A stretch of 64,000 bases of DNA from an uncultured Bacteroidales bacterium. Lineage in GTDB: Bacteria; Bacteroidota; Bacteroidia; Bacteroidales; WCHB1-69. Made by a program: the position numbers and the translations under genes. Positions 45,473-55,100 of the stretch are shown here, piece by piece (positions within the stretch are counted from its first letter, which is position 1; each line of letters opens with the position of its first letter). A model generated the notes under the pieces. The model did not search any database, was not told where the DNA came from, and saw only the letters and a program-made list of their open reading frames with translations. Location of the stretch: positions 23,071 through 87,070 of the forward strand of contig CAMVBK010000005.1 of assembly GCA_947165685.1 (NCBI GenBank). The letters run 5' to 3'.

Positions 45473-47887
45473 ATGCGAATCATCCAAAAATCCAAAACCG
45501 AGATGGTCTCCGCCATCCTCAACATCGTCGGGCTGGCAGCCGCCTTCGCCGCCCTCTACATCATCCTCGTGCAGGTTCGCCACGACCTGATCTACAACAA
45601 GGCGCTCAAGGACAGCGACCGCATCTATTGCATGATGGTCGGCGACCAGTTTGCGGACCATGGCGCCTCGTCGTGGATATGCCGCCCGATTGCCGAAGCC
45701 GTCATTGCGGCCTCGCCAGACGTGGAGGCTGGCGGCTGCGGCTATGTGGGCAAGAACTGCCCGACCGCCCACATCATCCTTGAAGACAACCGGCAAATGC
45801 AGGTGAAAATCGGGGCCTTCAGCGATGGAGGCAAGGATGTTTTCGGCCTCGAACTCGTCGCTGGCAACTGGGACGACTGGGTCAACGGCGTCACCTACGC
45901 CGTTTCGGAATCGGCCGCCCAACGCCTTGGCGTGCAGATAGGTGATGTGGTCAAGCTGCGCACCAAGACTTGGCGTGGCGTTGGTGTGGAAGATGCCCAA
46001 ATCGTTGCCATTTACAAGGACATGCCCGCCAACAGCGACGCGGCCTCTTTCGATATGTGCTACAACATCGGCAAGCAAGGTTTGGAGAACTGGAGCGAAT
46101 GGGGCTACAACTATTTCGTGAAACTCCGCGAAGGTGCCGACCCTGTAGCTTTCGACGAGGCCGCCAAACCCGCCATGAAGGAGGCCAATATGCGCGCAAA
46201 CGGCATTGACCCCACCTCGCTTTCCGAAGAGGAACTGGCGCAATGGGAGGAGTCGGTCGGCAACATCAAACTCCACTTGATGAAACTCACCGACACCTAT
46301 TTTGCCAAAAACATCACCGCACCGGGCAAGACGGGCAACCGCACCACCACGGTGACCCTGTTGGCCGTCGCCATTTTGGTCGTCGTCATCGCGTTCATCA
46401 ACTACATTAACTTCTTCTTCGCGATGGTGCCCATTCGCCTGCGCAACATCAACACGCGCAAGATATTGGGCAGCAGCCGTTTCTCGTTGGTGATGTCGTT
46501 TGTGGGCGAGTCGGTGACGATGGTCGTCATTGCCTTGGCATTGGCCGTGGCCGTGGTTACGCTGTTCCGGCAGTCCACCTTGGCCGCGCTCATCGACACA
46601 CCGCTCTATTTCGGCCAAAACTGGGGCATCGCCGCCCTGACCGTCGGCTCTGGCTTGCTTGTTTCAGTGGCCGCCAGCCTTTATCCGGCCTTGTTCGCCA
46701 CCTCGTTCAATCCCGCCTTCGCCTTGAGAGGCACCCTTGGCACCACGCAAAAGGGCAAGGCCTTCCGCATCGGCTTGATTGGCTTGCAGTTCACGGTTTC
46801 CATCGTGCTGATTATCTGCGCGATATTCGTCCACGAGCAACGCCGGTTCATGCTCAATCGCGACATGGGTTTCGACAGGGAACAACTGCTCACGGTGATG
46901 ACCACGGTGAAAATAAGCTACTTGGAGCGCGAAACCTGTGAGAACCGCCTCAAATCCGATGCCGCCATCAAGGACGTGGCTTGGGGTGACGGTCCGTTTG
47001 TCAGTGCTGAGCGCATGGGCTGGAATCGCGACTTCAAGGGGAACAAGGTGCATTGGGATTGTTATCCTGTCTCTTGGAACTTTCTCGATTTTATGGGAAT
47101 AGAAATCGTGGAAGGACGCAAATTCACCCCTTCCGACGAACAATCGGAAAACGGCGTGTACATTCTCAACGAGACGGCTCAGAAGATGTATGACATTCAT
47201 TTGGGCGACCAGATCCAGGGACACACCGACGGCTTGGCCGAAGTTGCTGGGATTTGCAAGGACTTCAACTATTCCGCCTTGCGCAACGAGATTGGGCCGT
47301 TTGCCTTGTATGTCTTCGGCAAGAAACCGTGGCGGCCTTGTATGCAACTGTTTGTGCGCACCGAGGCCGGCGCGGATGTGCCCGCCGTGATGAAGCGCGT
47401 GCAGGCCACCCTCCACGACCTTGACCCGACCCTTGCCCCCGAGGACTTCGACGTGCAGCTTTTCGACCAAACGCTTCAAAGCCAATACCAAAAAGAGAAC
47501 AATCTCTCGAAGCTCATCACCTTGTTCACCATTTTGGCCATCGTCATCTCGCTGATGGGCGTGTTTGGGTTGGTGATGTTCGAGACGGAACACCGCCGCA
47601 AAGAGATTGGCATCCGTCGTGTGCACGGGGCCACGGTAAAGCTGATCTTGGCGATGTTCAACTCCCGTTTTGTGAAGATCGTGCTGGTCTGCTTCGTCAT
47701 CGCCGTGCCCCTGAGTGTCGTCATCATGCAGCGCTACTTGGAAGGTTTCGCCTACCGTATCCGGCTGTTCGGGTGGGTGTTCGCGGTGTCGTTATTCGCT
47801 GTCCTTATCGTTACCGTCGCGGTGGTGACGCTTCGGAGTCTGCGTGCGGCAACGATGAATCCTGTGAAGTCGCTGAGGACGGAGTAG
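45473..47887 (+). CDS. ABC transporter permease, long FtsX/MacB-type (permease 4)
   Basis: Same architecture as the other permeases; C-terminal ..LRAATMNPVKSLRTE. ATG 45473 chosen because the track start 45428 is TTG overlapping the TGGCAC box. Confidence 0.88.
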   Translation: MRIIQKSKTEMVSAILNIVGLAAAFAALYIILVQVRHDLIYNKALKDSDRIYCMMVGDQFADHGASSWICRPIAEAVIAASPDVEAGGCGYVGKNCPTAHIILEDNRQMQVKIGAFSDGGKDVFGLELVAGNWDDWVNGVTYAVSESAAQRLGVQIGDVVKLRTKTWRGVGVEDAQIVAIYKDMPANSDAASFDMCYNIGKQGLENWSEWGYNYFVKLREGADPVAFDEAAKPAMKEANMRANGIDPTSLSEEELAQWEESVGNIKLHLMKLTDTYFAKNITAPGKTGNRTTTVTLLAVAILVVVIAFINYINFFFAMVPIRLRNINTRKILGSSRFSLVMSFVGESVTMVVIALALAVAVVTLFRQSTLAALIDTPLYFGQNWGIAALTVGSGLLVSVAASLYPALFATSFNPAFALRGTLGTTQKGKAFRIGLIGLQFTVSIVLIICAIFVHEQRRFMLNRDMGFDREQLLTVMTTVKISYLERETCENRLKSDAAIKDVAWGDGPFVSAERMGWNRDFKGNKVHWDCYPVSWNFLDFMGIEIVEGRKFTPSDEQSENGVYILNETAQKMYDIHLGDQIQGHTDGLAEVAGICKDFNYSALRNEIGPFALYVFGKKPWRPCMQLFVRTEAGADVPAVMKRVQATLHDLDPTLAPEDFDVQLFDQTLQSQYQKENNLSKLITLFTILAIVISLMGVFGLVMFETEHRRKEIGIRRVHGATVKLILAMFNSRFVKIVLVCFVIAVPLSVVIMQRYLEGFAYRIRLFGWVFAVSLFAVLIVTVAVVTLRSLRAATMNPVKSLRTE

Positions 47888-47930
47888 AGACCAACCTAAC
47901 TTTTTCCGCCCGAGGGTATCGTTTTTTTTG

Positions 47931-47938
47931 TACTTTTG
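47931..47938 (+). promoter_or_regulatory. -7 box for kamA
   Basis: TACTTTTG. Confidence 0.55.
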
Positions 47939-47977
47939 CACCCCAAATTATTCCAGATTAAATCAATAAGAATCAAT

Positions 47978-49216
47978 ATGGCAAGCAGAAGAAAAGAACT
48001 TTTCCCCAACGTTACCGATGCAGAATGGAACGATTGGAGATGGCAAGTCCGCAATAGAGTGGAAACTCTTGACGAACTGAAAAAATACATTGAGCTCACC
48101 CCTGAAGAGGAAGAAGGTGTGAAGAAGTCGCTGCAGACGCTCCGTATGGCCATCACGCCGTACTACCTGAGCCTCATCGACCCGAACAACCCGCACTGCC
48201 CGATCCGCCGCCAGGCCATCCCGACCGGCGCGGAGGTGCACCAGTCGCCGGCCGACCTGCTCGACCCGCTGCACGAGGACGAGGACTCCCCGGTGCCCGG
48301 CCTCACCCACCGCTATCCCGACAGAGTGCTGTTCCTCATCACCGACATGTGCTCCATGTACTGCCGTCACTGCACCCGCAGACGTTTCGCCGGCCAGCAT
48401 GACTGCGAATCCACGCAGGACCGCATCCAGGCCGCCATCGACTACATCGCCCGCACCCCGCAAGTGCGCGACGTGCTGCTCTCCGGCGGCGACGCCTTGA
48501 TGGTGGGCGACAAGATGCTCGAATCCATCATCCAACGCCTGCGCGCCATCCCGCATGTGGAGATCATCCGCCTCGGCAGCCGTACCCCCGTGGTCTGCCC
48601 GCAGCGCATCACCGACGACCTCGTCAACATGCTCAAGAAATATCATCCGATCTGGCTCAACACCCACTTCAACCACCCCAACGAGGTGACCGAAGAGTCC
48701 ATGGCCGCCTGCGCCAGATTGGCTGACGCCGGCATCCCGCTCGGCAACCAGACCGTGCTGTTGCGCGGCGTGAACGACGATACCGAGATCATGAAGCAGC
48801 TCGTGCACGACCTCGTGCGTATGCGCGTGCGCCCGTACTATATTTATCAATGCGACCTCTCCATGGGTCTGGAACACTTCCGCACGCCCGTCTCCAAGGG
48901 CATCGAGATCATCGAGAACCTGCGCGGACACACCTCCGGCTACTGCGTGCCGACCTTCGTGGTGGACGCTCCTGGCGGCGGCGGCAAGATTCCCGTGATG
49001 CCCCAGTACGTCATCTCCCAGAGCCCGCACAAGGTGATCCTCCGCAACTACGAGGGTGTCATCACCACCTACACCGAGCCCGAGGACTATCAGGAGAACA
49101 CCTGCAGCCCGCTGCCCGACAAGAAGCACGTCGAAGGCGTGGCCTCCCTCCTCCACGGCGAGCAGATGGCCTTGGAGCCCAATGAATTGGCGAGAAAGAA
49201 ACGCCACAGAAAATAG
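47978..49216 (+). CDS. kamA: lysine 2,3-aminomutase (radical SAM)
   Basis: W.DWRWQ..NR N-terminal motif, CSMYCRHCTRR cluster motif, LSGGD, PLGNQ.VLLRGVND, 412 aa. Confidence 0.9.
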   Translation: MASRRKELFPNVTDAEWNDWRWQVRNRVETLDELKKYIELTPEEEEGVKKSLQTLRMAITPYYLSLIDPNNPHCPIRRQAIPTGAEVHQSPADLLDPLHEDEDSPVPGLTHRYPDRVLFLITDMCSMYCRHCTRRRFAGQHDCESTQDRIQAAIDYIARTPQVRDVLLSGGDALMVGDKMLESIIQRLRAIPHVEIIRLGSRTPVVCPQRITDDLVNMLKKYHPIWLNTHFNHPNEVTEESMAACARLADAGIPLGNQTVLLRGVNDDTEIMKQLVHDLVRMRVRPYYIYQCDLSMGLEHFRTPVSKGIEIIENLRGHTSGYCVPTFVVDAPGGGGKIPVMPQYVISQSPHKVILRNYEGVITTYTEPEDYQENTCSPLPDKKHVEGVASLLHGEQMALEPNELARKKRHRK

Positions 49217-49247
49217 TTGGCAGTTAGTAGTTAGCAGTTAGTAGTTA
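49216..49247. repeat. short tandem repeat (GTTAGTA/GTTAGCA units)
   Basis: gttggcagttagtagttagcagttagtagtta, directly after the kamA stop. Confidence 0.7.
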
Positions 49248-49282
49248 CAGGGTGCGGTGAAATGAAATCGCACCCTGTTTTT
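49248..49282 (+). terminator. rho-independent terminator after kamA
   Basis: CAGGGTGCG-N12-CGCACCCTG followed by TTTTT. Confidence 0.8.
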
Positions 49283-49328
49283 GTGTTATTCCATCGCGTG
49301 GCTCAGCTCCTCCTATGAATTATCATCA

Positions 49329-49742
49329 TCAATTGAGCATCAACCCGTACGGTCGATAATAGGGAAACTTTCTGTCATGACTTATCAACGTACACTTATC
49401 AGCTATACTTTGCGCGATGATGATGCGATCAATCATATCAGAATGTCTGTCATTGCCAATGGTCAGAATCGGAATTTCATCTAAGACCTCGAATACCTTG
49501 TCTGTGATTGGCTCGAGACTAACATTCAAAGTTTCTATTGAATTAAGAATATCCCTTGCGCTTCCATTAATCTGAATTTTACCAAGTTGCTTAAGATGAA
49601 GTAGTTCCAAAAGGACAAATTCTGAAGTGACATATTGATTACCACTAGGATATTCAATATCATACCTCAATTCTTCGTCTAATTTTGGACTATTGCTCAG
49701 GAGCCAGCCAACAATGTGTGTGTCAAGAAAATATCGAGACAT
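49329..49742 (-). CDS. vapC: PIN-domain toxin (VapC-like)
   Basis: MSRYFLDTHIV.WL (first acidic residue), ..SE..LLEL.., ..DR.II.Q.. and HD..F pattern, 137 aa. Confidence 0.75.
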   Translation of the reverse strand: MSRYFLDTHIVGWLLSNSPKLDEELRYDIEYPSGNQYVTSEFVLLELLHLKQLGKIQINGSARDILNSIETLNVSLEPITDKVFEVLDEIPILTIGNDRHSDMIDRIIIAQSIADKCTLISHDRKFPYYRPYGLMLN

Positions 49743-49743
49743 A

Positions 49744-49857
49744 TTAGTTGAGGTTGTATGGGTCTTCAGTCAACTCAACGATTTTGATGTATTTGAATTT
49801 TTTTCTAAGCCCTTTTGCCTTCTTTGCGTTATCCTTCGAATTTCTTTTTGGTGCCAT
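49744..49857 (-). CDS. 37 aa basic mini-ORF in the antitoxin position upstream of vapC
   Basis: MAPKRNSKDNAKKAKGLRKKFKYIKIVELTEDPYNLN. Its stop lies 1 nt before the vapC ATG. It is below the length cutoff of the ORF track. Confidence 0.4.
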   Translation of the reverse strand: MAPKRNSKDNAKKAKGLRKKFKYIKIVELTEDPYNLN

Positions 49858-49900
49858 AACGGGTAGGTTCTTCTATTGTTTTATTATTCTATTTCGGCTG

Positions 49901-49908
49901 CAAAAATA
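49901..49908 (-). promoter_or_regulatory. -7 box for the mini-ORF/vapC pair
   Basis: Minus strand reads TATTTTTG. Confidence 0.5.
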
Positions 49909-50063
49909 CATTTTATTCTTTAATATCAGCACTGTTGTTTTCAAAATATTTTTCATTTCGCTTCTTAACTGTTAATTGTTAAATTCAAGAATCGCAAGTC
50001 TCGAGGAAAAAATGTATTTTCGCGGCCAAAATAAAGCCGATATAAAACGAAACCACTATCATC

Positions 50064-51098
50064 ATGCGCAAAACCACCTTGATTCTCGCATTGTTGGCCG
50101 CAGTATTGTGCGGCAGGGCACAGGATTTCCTCACTCCGGAGTCATACGGGATATACAGCAGCGTCAGACACGGCAATGAAACTTTGTTTCAACTGTTGTT
50201 CCCGGAACACAAAAGCGACAATGTCATTTGGGACATGAAATATGAGACCTTCTTTCTCTGCGCACCCTCGTTCTCTGAGGAATATGCACTGGAAATCGGC
50301 AAGAACCAATTGATTTTGACAAAAGCGGACCAGAACATTTATATGGCTCTGAGCAGACATCTACAGGATCGACAACCCAACCCGTTGAAGGTGGTTTCCG
50401 TGGATATCAAGAAAATGTCTGTTTCTGAAGAGGTTTGCAAAAGATTGTCCGCGCTTTTCAATCTCGCCACGATGACAGCCACGCATATTGAGAGTAAACA
50501 TTCTGGTTTGGACGGCACAACATACTATTTCAACCACAAGAGAAAATTGGCATCCGCCTGGATGCCGGAATCTGGGCGCACCACCCGATTGGTGCAGATG
50601 GCTGATAGTCTCTGTTACGCCGTAGAGCACAAAGACACGACCGTGCTGAACCAGCAGATGAAGAAGTGCAGCAACTTAATTCAAGAGTTCAAAAAGGAGT
50701 GGCCCGCAAGATTTTTCAAGCCGATTCAAGGTGTGACACGACACTCGAACGGCTTATATTGTGAATTGTACTGCACCGATTGCATACGCCTTAAGGTTCC
50801 CTACGGCAACACGTCAAACAATGACACTTGTGCGATGATAGTCGCCAACTACGTGGACAGCCTTTCGGTTTGGTCGCGGGAACTTTTCCTGATGAACGAC
50901 CGCCCGGAATATCCGACCGTAGTGCTTGACAACAGCCGAGACACCGCCTTCTGCGAAGCAAAGATATACGAAAATCACACGGTTCGGAAAATCACGCTAT
51001 CCGACCGGTTCTGGCGCCGAGACGTCATCCTCTCCGCCGCGATGCTGCCGCCAGGGAGATACTATTTTGTGGAAGGGCAATGGAAAAAGGAAGAATAA
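50064..51098 (+). CDS. hypothetical secreted protein (344 aa)
   Basis: Signal peptide MRKTTLILALLAAVLCGRAQ; no motif recognised. Confidence 0.6.
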   Translation: MRKTTLILALLAAVLCGRAQDFLTPESYGIYSSVRHGNETLFQLLFPEHKSDNVIWDMKYETFFLCAPSFSEEYALEIGKNQLILTKADQNIYMALSRHLQDRQPNPLKVVSVDIKKMSVSEEVCKRLSALFNLATMTATHIESKHSGLDGTTYYFNHKRKLASAWMPESGRTTRLVQMADSLCYAVEHKDTTVLNQQMKKCSNLIQEFKKEWPARFFKPIQGVTRHSNGLYCELYCTDCIRLKVPYGNTSNNDTCAMIVANYVDSLSVWSRELFLMNDRPEYPTVVLDNSRDTAFCEAKIYENHTVRKITLSDRFWRRDVILSAAMLPPGRYYFVEGQWKKEE

Positions 51099-51370
51099 TC
51101 TGTCCCGTTTGCGGATATGACCTCTTGCCGGAGCCTCCGCACGACGAACATGGCTGCCCCACTTACGTGATCTGCCCGTGCTGCGGCTTCGAGTTCGGCT
51201 TCGACGACGACTCCGAAGGACACACCTATTCCACCTACCGGAAACATTGGATTGACCGAGGATTCCCGTTCTTCAATGCCAAGAAACGGCCCGCCAGCTG
51301 GAACATTCGCGCGATGAAACGGCAGCTGGAGAACATCGGGGAGGGAAATATCTCCGCGAGTTCCTTGTGA
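51080..51370 (+). CDS. small cysteine-rich zinc-ribbon-like protein
   Basis: CPVCGY...(20 aa)...CPCCGFEFGFDDD; overlaps the upstream gene by 19 nt. Confidence 0.6.
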   Translation: MEKGRIICPVCGYDLLPEPPHDEHGCPTYVICPCCGFEFGFDDDSEGHTYSTYRKHWIDRGFPFFNAKKRPASWNIRAMKRQLENIGEGNISASSL

Positions 51371-51483
51371 TCCGCGGAAGTCATTTTATTCCACGTATCG
51401 CGCGAATCACGCGGAAAACATTCCGTGAGATACGAGCGATCCGAGGACCGTTACTCCACGCAAATACATGCGATACGTGGAAT

Positions 51484-52284
51484 TCACCTTACTAGCACGG
51501 CATCGGGAACGGAGAGCTTTGCGTAGTGCTCGTTGGCGAATTTCAACGAGCAAAGAAAATACTCCTGCACACATCCTTCTGAGAATATGGACGGGAAAAG
51601 ACCCGGGTTCTCGCGCAAGTACTCCTGCAGCATCTCATTATGGACCAGTCTGTCCTGATATCCCAACTGCCGGCAATCAAACGTATCGACATTTACCACC
51701 TTGTCTCCTATTTTAAAATGCTGGCAATGTTCTGACAAGGCTAACGGATAGCCTGACAACTGCACATACATCCGAGTCGTGGGGGCAACCGTAGCAACAT
51801 ATTCTGCCGAATTGACTTTTTCCAACGTATAATAGGAAACATTCAGTTTCGTTGTCAAAGAAATCCCTTCATGCGGAGTTAACATCAATGTGTCAAACGG
51901 GAAAACTTGCGGCTCTTGCCCCAGACGAGTTGTCTCAAGACAATTCCAAAAGTGTTTGAAAGAGTGGGAATGCCAACGACCTCCATCATAGTGTAATTGA
52001 CCGAGGCGAAGACTGTCGTAAAGTAGCGTAAGAGTTGAATCGGTGGTGTTCGTGATCGTAAAAGAATATTGCATCACCACATCAGACATCAGAACACAAT
52101 CAAAAGGGGCGCTCATGCACTGCGGGAGTTTCTCCAAACTGACATGGTTAACACCAAGAGTGTCGAAGGAGATAGCAAGCTGAGTATATCCGAACTTCGG
52201 AACAAGATGTACAACGGCCATCAACAGCATGATTTTTCGAATAGTATTCATCGCTGAAAATAATTTATAATTCCACTTCTTCAT
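51484..52284 (-). CDS. hypothetical secreted protein
   Basis: Start set to MKKWNYKLF.. because the -7 box at 52314-52321 lies inside the longer ORF. Has a hydrophobic signal segment. Confidence 0.55.
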   Translation of the reverse strand: MKKWNYKLFSAMNTIRKIMLLMAVVHLVPKFGYTQLAISFDTLGVNHVSLEKLPQCMSAPFDCVLMSDVVMQYSFTITNTTDSTLTLLYDSLRLGQLHYDGGRWHSHSFKHFWNCLETTRLGQEPQVFPFDTLMLTPHEGISLTTKLNVSYYTLEKVNSAEYVATVAPTTRMYVQLSGYPLALSEHCQHFKIGDKVVNVDTFDCRQLGYQDRLVHNEMLQEYLRENPGLFPSIFSEGCVQEYFLCSLKFANEHYAKLSVPDAVLVR

Positions 52285-52313
52285 GTTATAGATATACATT
52301 TGAAATGCACGCC

Positions 52314-52321
52314 GCAAAGAT
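52314..52321 (-). promoter_or_regulatory. -7 box
   Basis: Minus strand reads TATCTTTG. Confidence 0.5.
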
Positions 52322-52390
52322 AGCATTTTTATTAGCATGATACAAGAAATGCAAAAGATTGCGGCTCATGCTTCCTATCCGCGGAGAACA

Positions 52391-54619
52391 CTACCTCCGC
52401 TCCCCCTGGCCCTGACCGGCCTGCGAACCCTCCAACTCCATCTTCCCGAACTTGAACGACAGCCCGAACCGCACCGTCCGCGCCCGATAGCTCACACGCG
52501 TGGAGTCGCTGTAACTGTAATAGGGATTGGCGTTTACGGTCGCGTTGCGGTTCCAGTCGAAGAGGTCGTCCACATTGACCCACACCGCGATGCGCCGCTT
52601 CCAGAACTCCGCCCGCAACCCGAGGTCGATGCTGTAGCTCGGCCGCACCGTGGTGAACAGGAACACGTTCTGCGACTGATAGTTGGCAGCGGCGTTCACC
52701 TCCAAGACCTTCCACAACTTCGCCCAAAAGTTCAGCCGGAAACTGTAACCCAAATTTTCCGTCGTGTAGGGCTGATCCTCGTCGCGGAACTGGAACACCG
52801 ACTTTGTGTAATAGACATTGCCGTAAAACCGGATGTTCATGAAGCTCTTGAGCTGGTACGTAACATTCACCTCCGCACCCGTGTTCAGGGTCTTGCCCGC
52901 GTTGATAGGCTGCGAAAAATAGACCATCCTTCCGAAAAACGGGTCGTAGCAGACATCCGCAAGGCTGGAGAACTCGTCTTTCGTGTTTTTGAACCACGCA
53001 TTGACGCCCACATTGCCGAACTTGTTGATATACTTCGTCCAGCCCGCCTCCACGGAGTTGGTAAACGCCTGTCGCAAGTCGGGGTTGCCCGTACTGAAGC
53101 TGTCCTCCCCGTATCTGCGGTAGGTGGTCAGGTCGGAGGCCTGCGGATTGTTCACCCGCCGCGTGTAGCTCAACTTGAAGTTGTGCATGTTCTTCGTGCG
53201 GTAGCTCAGGTGTATCGACGGGAAAAGCCCCCAATAGAGCTTCCGCACGTTATCGGCAGGGGAATCGGGATAGTCTAAGTTCAGCGACAGCAGCTCGGAG
53301 CGCAGCCCGCCCTTCAGCGTGAAGCCGCCGAAACGGTGCTGCAGGGTGACGTATGCGTCGAAAGCCCCGTCCTGATTGCGCGCGTTCATCGAACGCACTG
53401 CGTCATTCACATAGTAACGCCCCAAATCGGCTGCCACCAACGTGTCCACAGTCAAAAGCTGCTTGTTGTAAGAATAGCTTCCCGAGACCCCCGTCTCCAC
53501 CTCGCCGTTCTGATGATATGGGATTGTGTAATCGACTGACACACTTCCCCTATGATACTGGTAATCATTTGTTTGCAGCCAGTCACGATCCGCAAGCCTT
53601 GGTGAAAGATAGTCGCGTTGGAGATCACCGCTCAAACGGTAGCCCTGCCCCGCATATATGGCTGAAGTACTCAACTTATGCCCTTGGTTGTTGAATTTAT
53701 GCTCATACCACAACCCCACGTAGCCCGACAAAATCCCGGATCTGTTGTGCACCGTATTATGATAGGAATAATCCCCGGGATTGTAGAGATACTCCGTCCA
53801 AAAAGTGGTGTCCACAGCGTTATAATGCGTCAGTTGCGGGTAAAAACCGCCGTAAAAATAGACCGTGTTCGTGGTATCCGGTGTCCAAGAGGCGTTGAGG
53901 AACAGCCCGGTTTGGTCTTCTCGGAACCGTCTGATAGAATGCGAGGAATCTGTGGAAGAAAGCCTTCCCGAATCGTCGTAAATGGCTGATTCTGAAAGTC
54001 TGTCGTGCAGGGAAGTGCTATACCAATATTGCAGATAGGTGCTGATGGTGAACTTTTTGTTGGCATAAACGTAGGAGAGGAAGGGAATGGCCTCGGGCGC
54101 GGAGGATCCCTTCGCCCCGAAGCTCAGGAAGCTGTTTTTCCTGATGTCGGAAACGGTGACGATGTTGATGATGCCGCCCGCACCCTGCGCACTGTACCGC
54201 GCCGAGGGGTTAGTGATGACCTCAATCTTCTCGATGTCACTGGCCGGCATCTGCTGCAGAAGGATTTTGAGGGCTTCGGCGTTCATGTTGGCAGGTCGAT
54301 TGTTAAGCCATATCTGTACCGATGAGACTCCGCGTAGGGTGATATTGCCCTCCACATCGACCTCCACGCCCGGCGCGTTCTGCAGCGCATCCGCCGCCGT
54401 ACCCGACTGAACCGCAGGGTCTTCCGAGACATTGTACATCGTCTTTTCCCCGTCGGTCATATAGACGGGCTTCTTCGCGGTGATGCCCACCTCGGGCAGT
54501 TCCGTGGTCTTCTTCGGGACAATCGTGTCCGACTTTGCGACTGAAACGGTATCGTTTTGCTGCGCGAACGCCATTCCTGTCACCACCATCACGAGGATGG
54601 CCACCATGATTCTTTTCAT
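52391..54619 (-). CDS. TonB-dependent receptor / outer-membrane beta-barrel family protein
   Basis: Signal peptide, plug region (DALQNAPGVEVD..GNITLRG, IEKIEVITNPSARY), long beta-barrel ending ..RFGLSFKFG then a tail. Confidence 0.85.
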   Translation of the reverse strand: MKRIMVAILVMVVTGMAFAQQNDTVSVAKSDTIVPKKTTELPEVGITAKKPVYMTDGEKTMYNVSEDPAVQSGTAADALQNAPGVEVDVEGNITLRGVSSVQIWLNNRPANMNAEALKILLQQMPASDIEKIEVITNPSARYSAQGAGGIINIVTVSDIRKNSFLSFGAKGSSAPEAIPFLSYVYANKKFTISTYLQYWYSTSLHDRLSESAIYDDSGRLSSTDSSHSIRRFREDQTGLFLNASWTPDTTNTVYFYGGFYPQLTHYNAVDTTFWTEYLYNPGDYSYHNTVHNRSGILSGYVGLWYEHKFNNQGHKLSTSAIYAGQGYRLSGDLQRDYLSPRLADRDWLQTNDYQYHRGSVSVDYTIPYHQNGEVETGVSGSYSYNKQLLTVDTLVAADLGRYYVNDAVRSMNARNQDGAFDAYVTLQHRFGGFTLKGGLRSELLSLNLDYPDSPADNVRKLYWGLFPSIHLSYRTKNMHNFKLSYTRRVNNPQASDLTTYRRYGEDSFSTGNPDLRQAFTNSVEAGWTKYINKFGNVGVNAWFKNTKDEFSSLADVCYDPFFGRMVYFSQPINAGKTLNTGAEVNVTYQLKSFMNIRFYGNVYYTKSVFQFRDEDQPYTTENLGYSFRLNFWAKLWKVLEVNAAANYQSQNVFLFTTVRPSYSIDLGLRAEFWKRRIAVWVNVDDLFDWNRNATVNANPYYSYSDSTRVSYRARTVRFGLSFKFGKMELEGSQAGQGQGERR

Positions 54620-54655
54620 AATCCTTTGGTTTTAAGTTCATAATCAATTACGCGG

Positions 54656-54663
54656 CAAAGATA
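54656..54663 (-). promoter_or_regulatory. -7 box for the TonB-dependent receptor, start of a 49 nt block shared with 60293-60341
   Basis: Minus strand reads TATCTTTG. Confidence 0.55.
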
Positions 54664-55077
54664 CAACTAATTTTTTAATTATACGACTAAATAATTAGTT
54701 TATGGTTATTTTATTCGTTTTATTGTTTATTTGGGCGTTCCGACGCGTAGGAGACGACGCTTCAATCCCTAACGCACACCGTCAAGTGTGCAGACCCGCA
54801 TTGTTGGCGTGTCCGGCGGCGTGTATGCGATTCTGTGTCCATTTTTTTAAATTTTCTCCGAAATAATCTCCAAATGTGTTTTTTTTGAAAAGAGGCAATC
54901 TAAACCCATATAATAACTTTGTCTATTTTTATCTCTCTAACTGCAACAAAGTTACCGCAAATGGTAACTTATGACAAAATCACAAGAGACGATTTCTGTA
55001 CAGTTTGATTTCGTATCTTTGGCCGTGAAAAATTTAAACAAGAAAACAAGAAAATTCCCAATATTAGGAATTTTTAT

Positions 55078-55085
55078 TACTTTTG
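55078..55085 (+). promoter_or_regulatory. -7 box for higBA
   Basis: TACTTTTG, 16 nt before ATG 55101. Confidence 0.55.
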
Positions 55086-55100
55086 CAAACTCTCAAAACA

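Noticed and set aside
51389-51482. A 13 bp inverted repeat (TTCCACGTATCGC / GCGATACGTGGAA) separated by about 68 nt between convergent genes
   Set aside because: It is most simply a long bidirectional terminator-like hairpin. It is a single copy with nothing further to support a special role.
54733-54840. A GC-richer patch with a small hairpin (GCACAC-cgtcaa-GTGTGC) inside the AT-rich region between the TonB-dependent receptor and higB. It could be an sRNA or a gene relic.
   Set aside because: There is no promoter or terminator pair, no ORF, and no second copy in the window to compare. This is insufficient evidence.
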